Assembly (NCBI GenBank): GCA_023402355.1
Contig: JAEXCG010000179.1
Span: 27,637 to 91,636 of the forward strand
DNA: 64,000 nucleotides
Source of the DNA: Bacillota bacterium
GTDB lineage: Bacteria > Bacillota > Clostridia > Christensenellales > Aristaeellaceae
Direction: 5' to 3'
Below are positions 12,513 to 21,100 of this stretch, one piece after another (positions within the stretch are counted from its first letter, which is position 1; each line of letters opens with the position of its first letter). The notes beneath the pieces are model-generated. The model searched no databases, was not told where the DNA came from, and saw only the letters and a program-made list of their open reading frames with translations. The position numbers and the translations under genes were made by a program.

Positions 12513-14066
12513 ATGACATTGATCGGAAAACACGGAAACAAGGCCCAATTTTTCTACCAGCACCGCAGCGTCCTGAAAGAAAAGCTGATGGAGTCGCTGA
12601 CCTCGGTCATCCCCATCACGCTCATCGTCCTGCTGCTGTGCTTCAGCGTCTCGCCCATCCCCGTCGCCACGCTGACGGCCTTTCTCATCGGCTCTGCGAT
12701 GCTGATTCTGGGCATGAGCCTCTTCACGCTCGGCGCGGACCTGTTCATGACGCCCCTTGGCGAGCGCCTGGGCGCGTCCATCACCAAATCCCGACGGCTT
12801 CTCATCGTCGCCGTCGTCGGCTTTCTGATCGGCGTCATCGTCACCATCTCCGAGCCCGACCTGCAGGTGCTCGCCAACCAGGTGCCCTCCATCCCCAACG
12901 CGGTCATCATCTGGTCCGTCGCGCTGGGCGTCGGCGTCTTTCTGGTGGCCGCGCTGATGCGCGTGCTGTTCGGCATACGTTTGGGGACGATGCTCGTCTT
13001 CTTCTACGGGATCGTGTTCGCCCTGTGCTTTTTCGTCTCGCCCGATTTCTGGGCGATCGCGTTTGACGCGGGCGGCGTCACGACGGGTCCCATGACGGTT
13101 CCCTTTATCATGGCGCTGGGCGTCGGCGTTTCCGCCATGCGCTTTGACAAGCACGCGGAAAACGACAGCTTCGGCCTCGTCGCGCTCTGCTCCGTCGGCC
13201 CCATTCTGGCCACCCTGCTGCTCGGCATCTTTTACAACACGGGCAGCGGCAGCTACGTGCCGGTCACCGTGCCGGACGTGGCGGATTCCCGCGGGCTGAT
13301 GCAGCTCTTCACCGCCGCCCTGCCCAACTATCTGCACGAGGTGTTCGCCGCCCTGCTGCCCATCGTGCTCTTCTTTTTCGCGTTCCAGCTGCTCTCGATG
13401 CGCCTTGGGGCCTCGGATTTCGTGCGTATGTGCATCGGCTTCCTTTATACGTTCGTCGGGCTGGTGCTCTTCCTGACCGGCGTAAACGTCGGCTTTATGC
13501 CCGCGGGCAACTACCTGGGCAGGATGATCGCGGGCCTCTCCTATCGTTGGATTCTCATTCCCATCGCCATGGTCATCGGCTACTTCATCGTCGCCGCCGA
13601 GCCCGCCGTGCACGTGCTCAACCGTCAGGTGGAGGAAATCACCTCCGGCGCGATCCCGCAGGGCGCGATGAACACGGCGCTCGCCGTCGGCGTCTCCATC
13701 TCCCTGGGGCTTTCCATGACCCGCGTGCTCACCGGCATCTCGATCATGTGGTACCTCGTTCCCGGGTACGCGGCCGCCATCGTGCTCTCCTTTATCGTGC
13801 CCAAGATCTTTACCTCCATCGCCTTCGACTCCGGCGGGGTTGCTTCCGGTCCCATGACGGCGACGTTCCTGCTTCCGTTTGCGATGGGCGCGTGCGACGC
13901 GGTCGGCGGCAACATCGTCGCCGATGCGTTCGGCGTGGTCGCCATGGTCGCGATGACGCCGCTCATCACCATTCAAATCATGGGGCTGTACTTCAAGTAC
14001 AAGAGCGCGCACCGTCCGGCGTCCGACGAGGCTGCGGCCGTCGAGGACGTCATCGACCTGACGTGA
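12513..14066 (+). CDS. integral membrane protein, two fused DUF1538-like halves
   Basis: 517 aa and polytopic. An internal duplication is visible: SEPDLQVLANQV / AEPAVHVLNRQV, and AFDAGGVTTGPMTVPFIMALG / AFDSGGVASGPMTATFLLPFAMG. The start is uncertain. The ATG at 12513 abuts GAGAGGG, and the in-frame TTG at 12519 has better spacing. Confidence 0.8.
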   Translation: MTLIGKHGNKAQFFYQHRSVLKEKLMESLTSVIPITLIVLLLCFSVSPIPVATLTAFLIGSAMLILGMSLFTLGADLFMTPLGERLGASITKSRRLLIVAVVGFLIGVIVTISEPDLQVLANQVPSIPNAVIIWSVALGVGVFLVAALMRVLFGIRLGTMLVFFYGIVFALCFFVSPDFWAIAFDAGGVTTGPMTVPFIMALGVGVSAMRFDKHAENDSFGLVALCSVGPILATLLLGIFYNTGSGSYVPVTVPDVADSRGLMQLFTAALPNYLHEVFAALLPIVLFFFAFQLLSMRLGASDFVRMCIGFLYTFVGLVLFLTGVNVGFMPAGNYLGRMIAGLSYRWILIPIAMVIGYFIVAAEPAVHVLNRQVEEITSGAIPQGAMNTALAVGVSISLGLSMTRVLTGISIMWYLVPGYAAAIVLSFIVPKIFTSIAFDSGGVASGPMTATFLLPFAMGACDAVGGNIVADAFGVVAMVAMTPLITIQIMGLYFKYKSAHRPASDEAAAVEDVIDLT

Positions 14067-14074
14067 GGTGAAAC

Positions 14075-14800
14075 ATGAGTACGTATAACCTGCTTCTGAC
14101 CATCGTAAACCGCGACTACGCGGAAGCATACATCCGCCTGTACCGCGAGCTCGGCGTTCAGACGGTGCTGGGCGTTCCCGCCAGCGGCACCGCAACCCGC
14201 AGCATGCTGCATTTTCTGGGGCTGGAGGCCAGCGAGAAGACGGTGCTGATGTGCGCATGCGACACCCGCGCCGAGAAAAGGCTGCTGCATGCCCTCGTGC
14301 ACACCCTGCACATCGACATCGCGGGCAACGGCATCGCGGTCTCCGTCCCCATCGCCAGCCTCGGCGGTCAGACCGCCGCGCAGGTGCTCATCGGCCAATC
14401 GATCGACGAAACCGCCCGCCAGGCGGCCAAGGAGGAAAGACGCATGGAAAAACAGGATCACGAGCTGATCGTCGCGATCGCCAACACGGGCTACACGGAC
14501 CTCGTGATGGCATCCGCGCGCAAGGCTAAGGCCAGCGGCGGCACCATCGTCCACGCCAAGGGCACGGGAACCGGACTGGCCGAAAAGTTCTTCGGCGTGT
14601 CCCTCGCCGCCGAAAAGGAGCTCGTGCTCATCGTCTGCCGCGCCGGGGAGCGCACCCCCATCATGCGCGCCATCATGGAGGGGGCGGGCGCTCAGAGCAA
14701 GGCTCAGTCCATCGTCTTTTCCCTGCCGGTCAGCGCCGTCGCCGGGCTCGCCTCGTTCCAAGGGGACCCCGACGCCGAGGAAGCGCCCACGGGCGAATGA
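14075..14800 (+). CDS. tandem PII-like (GlnB-fold-like) protein
   Basis: 241 aa with two similar halves. One is NLLLTIVNRDYAEAYIRLYRELGV...GIAVSVPIASL and the other is HELIVAIANTGYTDLVMASARKAKASGGTIVHAKGTG...SIVFSLPVSAV. GAGGTG RBS. It lies 8 nt after the DUF1538 gene. Confidence 0.65.
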   Translation: MSTYNLLLTIVNRDYAEAYIRLYRELGVQTVLGVPASGTATRSMLHFLGLEASEKTVLMCACDTRAEKRLLHALVHTLHIDIAGNGIAVSVPIASLGGQTAAQVLIGQSIDETARQAAKEERRMEKQDHELIVAIANTGYTDLVMASARKAKASGGTIVHAKGTGTGLAEKFFGVSLAAEKELVLIVCRAGERTPIMRAIMEGAGAQSKAQSIVFSLPVSAVAGLASFQGDPDAEEAPTGE

Positions 14801-14823
14801 ACATTTGGGCCTGAAGATCCAAT

Positions 14824-14864
14824 CAGCCCTGCCCCGCACGAGCGCGGGACAGGGCTGATTTTGT
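14824..14864. terminator. bidirectional rho-independent terminator between convergent operons
   Basis: CAGCCCTGCCCCGC-acga-GCGCGGGACAGGGCTG followed by ATTTTGTG on the plus strand. It lies between the stop at 14800 (+) and the stop at 14876 (-). Confidence 0.75.
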
Positions 14865-14875
14865 GTGCGGATAAT

Positions 14876-15124
14876 TTAAAGAAGCGCTTCGCGGACGTCG
14901 AGCGTCAGACGGCCGTCGTCCAGCACAAAGCAGGGAACGCCGATGCCGCCTTCCGCCCTGACCGCGTCGAACAACGGGTTTTCGTCGCGCAGCTTCAGAA
15001 ACGCCTTCAGGTTTGCGGTCGACGCCGTGATGTCCACGTTTTCAAACGGGATTCTCTTCGCAGCGAGCGCCGCCTCCGCCTCCATGCAGTCCGGGCACAG
15101 CGGCGTTCCATACATCTTGAGCAT
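14876..15124 (-). CDS. glutaredoxin-like / thioredoxin-fold small protein (CPDC motif)
   Basis: MLKMYGTPLCPDCMEAEAAL ... GIGVPCFV, i.e. a CxxC motif plus a cis-Pro loop. I placed the start at the Met preceded by GGGAGGGGG. Confidence 0.7.
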   Translation of the reverse strand: MLKMYGTPLCPDCMEAEAALAAKRIPFENVDITASTANLKAFLKLRDENPLFDAVRAEGGIGVPCFVLDDGRLTLDVREALL

Positions 15125-15170
15125 GCGGTATCCCCCTCCCTTTCGCACATTCTTTCCAGATACGCGGGCT

Positions 15171-15746
15171 TTAAACCGCCTGCGATGTCTGCGGCTCGAG
15201 GATGCCGCAGGCGACCTCGTACAGGCGCTTGCCGCTGTCCATGCTGATCTTCTGCATGCGGCGATGCGCTTCCGACTCGCTCATGTGCAGCGAGTCCATC
15301 AGCATCCCCTTCGCGCGCTCGATGACCTTGCGCTCGTCAAGCGTGCGGGTCAGCCGGTTGACCTCGCGCCCCAGCCGCAAAATCCGCTCGTTCATGCGCA
15401 GCAGCACCGCCACGCTCTGCAAGAACGCCTCGCGGTTGATCGGGTTCGACAGCGGCACCACGCACTCCGGCAGCCCCTCCTGCGAGACGCCCTGGGGCGC
15501 GATGAGCAGCGCGCCGCCCACCTCGCCCAGTTCATGGATGAGGGAAAGGCCCGTCATGTCCGGCAGGCGATAGGTCGTGACCAGCAGGCCGGGCAGGTGA
15601 CCGTCCTTCACCGCCCGAATCGCCTGCTCCCCGGTATGCGCGATGATATCCAGCGCGTACCCGGCATCCTCCAAAATGCCCTTGAGGCGCGCTGCCACCG
15701 TCTCCGGCGCGGCCAGCATGATGGTGTGAACGGCAAACTCAGTCAT
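15171..15746 (-). CDS. ANTAR-domain RNA-binding antiterminator with a degenerate (pseudo-)receiver domain
   Basis: The C-terminus ERKVIERAKGMLMDSLHMSESEAHRRMQKISMDSGKRLYEVACGIL is an ANTAR signature. The N-terminal REC-like fold lacks the acidic pocket: HTIMLAAPE, LLVTTYRLPDM, and NP in place of KP. Confidence 0.85.
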   Translation of the reverse strand: MTEFAVHTIMLAAPETVAARLKGILEDAGYALDIIAHTGEQAIRAVKDGHLPGLLVTTYRLPDMTGLSLIHELGEVGGALLIAPQGVSQEGLPECVVPLSNPINREAFLQSVAVLLRMNERILRLGREVNRLTRTLDERKVIERAKGMLMDSLHMSESEAHRRMQKISMDSGKRLYEVACGILEPQTSQAV

Positions 15747-15825
15747 CTCTCATCGCCCCCTGATCCGTAGACTGCGGGCGCCGGCTCCGGCGTCTGCACA
15801 TGCTTTTTGTGTTTTGAATGGTCGA

Positions 15826-15854
15826 ATTATATCATCCATCCCGGTCGATTGCAA
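15826..15854 (-). promoter_or_regulatory. sigma-A type promoter for the ANTAR/glutaredoxin-like operon
   Basis: Minus strand: TTGCAA (15849-15854), 17-nt spacer, TGaTATAAT (hexamer 15826-15831). Confidence 0.6.
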
Positions 15855-15946
15855 GCGATTTATGAAACTTTTCGCGATCTCTCCTGCATTTTTATCATTT
15901 TTCCTTCACAAGAGAACTATTTTTGTCCGTTTTTGAACCATACGCA

Positions 15947-17652
<1,706 letters not shown>

Positions 17653-17686
17653 GTCGCTCTTGGCATTTTTCTTGAAATTTGCAAGA

Positions 17687-17720
17687 AATTCCGGATAAAT
17701 CTCACGATTTATCCGGAATT
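17687..17720 (-). terminator. perfect 14-bp-arm hairpin, probable terminator of the blaI-M56 operon
   Basis: AATTCCGGATAAAT-6 nt-ATTTATCCGGAATT. On the minus strand it is followed by TCTTGCAAATTTC. It sits between the last coding-like segment (17777) and the pyrG promoter. Confidence 0.5.
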
Positions 17721-17776
17721 AAAGCTTTAATTTGAAAGATATCGTGAATTACATTTCATTTTAGAATGATTTAAAT

Positions 17777-18121
17777 TCACTGGTACACGGAAGCCTCGAC
17801 GGCGGCGGATGCCTGCGCACACGGCCCCTGCGTCAACTCCTCGCACAGCGCCGTGGCAACGCGGCTTACCTCTTCGGCCTCCGCGTCGCTCAGTTCACGA
17901 TCGCCGACGGAATCGTCCTGCGGGCGCCTTTGCGCATAGGAAACAAGCTTTCCATCTTCGTCCATGACCAGTTCGAACTGGTCCTTGCCCTACCCGCCCG
18001 TCAGGAGCGTCTGCCCCTTCTCTTCCATCAGGGATCGATACTCCGTTTCCTCCCCGATGGACTTGAGCAGTGCTTTCGCCTGCGCAAGCCGCGCTTCCTG
18101 TTCCTGCGCTTCCTTCACGTG
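17777..18121 (-). pseudogene. same-frame coding-like tail after the M56-2 stop, interrupted by a second TAG; decayed 3' extension or small ORFs
   Basis: The reading frame of the 1781-aa ORF continues past TAG 18122-18124 for 43 codons (HVKEAQEQEARLAQAKALLKSIGEETEYRSLMEEKGQTLLTGG). After TAG 17990-17992 it continues for a further 70 codons (GKDQFELVMDEDGKLVSYAQ...). Confidence 0.3.
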
Positions 18122-21100
18122 CTAGGTCTGGGCGAGCTTCTCCTTCCCGATGCCGCCGCGTTCCTGATAGAGTACAGAGCGGGGCGTCAGGCGGACGTGC
18201 AGCGTATCGCCGCCGCCGAACGCGTCGTCGACGTACACGCGCACCACCTCGCCGCAGTCGTAAACGCGCACGGTATCGGCAACCTCCGCCGTAAGGCCTA
18301 CCGTCGAATACATTTCGCGGGTCTTGTTCACGAAGTCAATGGCGTACGCCTCGACGTCCGAGCGTTCCGCTTCCGTAATCAGGCGCGAGTCGGACGCATC
18401 CTCCAGCACCTCCTGCCGCCAGAAGGCGTCCAGATGCCGCCAGCCGCCGAGAAATCTTCCATACCAGAGGTCCCGCGCGCCCGCTTTGGATTCACCATAA
18501 AACTCGTAGCCATACCGCTCCCCCGCGGAAGGACGGTCGACGACCGTCAGCTGCTCTGCATCGACCTCTTCCGGCAGCCAGCCCGCCGTTTCGATCAGGA
18601 ACGCCCGGGTTTGCTGAACCGCTTCTTCCCGCGTGGGCGCGAAGATCATGTTCATGTAGTGGAGATTGGTTTCATCCTCCGGATAGAACGTCAGGATGCG
18701 TTCTCCGTTCGTCTGCGCGGTCGCGTAATACCTGTTTTTGTCTTTTATCTCGAACCTGTATTTGCGCACCTCGCCCGCGAGCGCCCGCACCTCGGTAAAC
18801 TGAGATCCCATGGGGTTCCAGACGGTAACGCCCACCACGCGACTCAGCAGCTCCTTGACCTCCGGTTCCACGTCGAGTCCGCTGTGTCCCAGCCCCGGCC
18901 GCGTTTCAATCACTTCGTCGTCCGGGTATCCGCCGTACGCATAGGAGAGGATGCGCGCGTCCTCGTCCAGCACGAGCGTGTGCAGCGCCAGCCCGTCCCG
19001 CTCGAACGTCAGCGTCCAGGGCGCGGGCCTGCCAAAGGGCGTTTCATGGCGCAGCAGGCGCGCGCCCTGCGAAAGGGCGAATTGCCGCCCCTCCGCATCC
19101 ACCCAGCGGGCCGTCCAGCCGCCGATCTCCTTCCAGTCCATCTCGCAGGCCGACGACGTCAGGCGTAGGCTCTCAATCGGCAGGCCCAGCGCCGCCAGGG
19201 TTTCCGTCGGAACCTCCGCGTCCGGCCAGTTCACCGTGGCTTCGAGGTCCGGGTCGCTCACCAGCGCCAGCACCGCCGGCGGATTCAGCCTCACGTACGC
19301 GCGGTCGTGCGATTCCCCGTTTTGATAGCTGATCCGGACGCGCGCAATTTCTTCCGCTCCATAGGCGTATATTTGATCCTCTACCTCGACGCCCTGCGCC
19401 TCGCCGTAGTTGTACACGCGCGCTTTTTCGGCCAGTTCGCGCGCCAGCCGCGCGGCCAGCGTCCTCTCCGCCTCCGTGATGGCGCGCTGCTCCGGCGAAT
19501 CCCCGAGCACGTCCACGCGCCAAAAGTCGCTGACATGGCGATGCACGCCACCGTATTCCGCCTGCCACAGGTCGCGCGCGTTCTCGGCGGATTCGCCGTA
19601 AAGCGTCGTGCGCGCGCCTTCCCCGCTGCGGACGTAGGAAAGCACCGGCGGGTTTACATCCCGCTCGCTCCAGCCCGCCTGCTCCATCAGAAAGCTTCGC
19701 GTACGCTCGATCACCTCGCCCGCAGTGGGGTAGACGACGTACGCTTCGAGCTCGCGCGCCCCGTCCGCTTCCGTCATGATTGGGTGCATGCTCAAGACGC
19801 GCGGTGGGTCGGCCTGCACCCTGAAGGCCCAATGCTTTTCCTCGCCCTCGCGCGTGATGGCCAGATACTTGCGCACGCGCCCGAACGCCTCGTACACCTC
19901 GCAGCGATCGTCCGTCCCGCCGATTCCGGCGACGCCGCTGCCGGTGGCCCTAAGCACCAGGCTTTGCCGCTCCGCTTCGCCTTCCGCGTCGTAATACGCA
20001 CCCGCAAGGCGCGATAGCCGAACCGCTTCGGCCCGCTCGGAGGCCTCCGCGAACGAAGCAGTATCCGTCACGCCTTCCACGAACGCCTGCTCCGTGCGCA
20101 GCGCCTCGTCCGGGCGGATGCCCGCGTCGTAGCTGACGATTTCGCCCGCCGCGTCCATGGAAAAGGTCGTGACCGACAGGTCGTTTTGGGTCAGCATGAA
20201 CGTCCAGGGCTCCGTACGCCCATAGGGCGAGGGATATGCCTCCGCGTGCGTTCCGCCCGGCACCGCCGCGTCCGTCAGGAGAATCCCGTCCGCGTCGTGG
20301 ATACGCACGCTCGAAAGCCCGCTTTCAGGCAGGTTCCAGTCGATCACGCAGGCCCCCGGGGCGACGGTGATGCGATCGATGGGAAGCTGCAAAGCGCCCA
20401 GCACGGAGGCCTTGGCTGAGACGGTCTTCACGCGCAGGCTCTGCGCGATCTCGACCTCCTCCGTCCAGACATAATCCTCGCCGTCCACGTTTGCCCACAG
20501 CTCGACGCGCCTGGCGCTATCCTCGTCCGACGGCCCCTTCGCGACCGCGCACTGAATCGCAAACCCGTCTTCGGTCAGCGTTTTTCGCTGCCAGACCGGC
20601 TGCTCGCGCGTCCATCCGACGTCGCGCAAGGCGCCCGACACCGAAGCCTCAAGCGTCAGGCAGGCGTCGTCCCACCAGCACGCGGTCCAGATCAACCCCT
20701 GCGGACGCTCGCCCGAGACGAGCCGCGGCGCGGCAAAGAGCCCTGCCCGGTCAAGCGCGGCGCTAAATCCATCCGCGTCATCCGGGGAAGACGGGCGGTT
20801 CCAGTAAAGCTCGCTCACCTCGCCGTCTGCGTACAGCTCGATGCGCCCGGCAAGGCTGACGCCCGTCCAGTTCCCCCCGATGTAGGTAAAGTCCACCTGA
20901 TGATTTTCCCCCAGCTCTCCTTCCTGTGAGAAGGCCTCGACGGCCTTGCGCCGCATATCCTCCTGCTCCGCATACGCGCTCGCGAGCGCGATGTACGCCG
21001 GGTCCGCCTCGTCCGAAGGGATCAGCGTCCGTTCCCCGGCAAAGGCCGCCTTGTTTTCGCCAAGCGCCCCTCGCGCGTCGGCAACCGTCACGTACCAAGA

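Noticed and set aside
12393-14258. A 621-aa minus-strand ORF opposite the DUF1538 gene.
   Set aside because: Its composition is extremely biased (G/D/R/H/E-rich), there is no RBS, and it is antisense to a membrane protein with clear internal-duplication signal.
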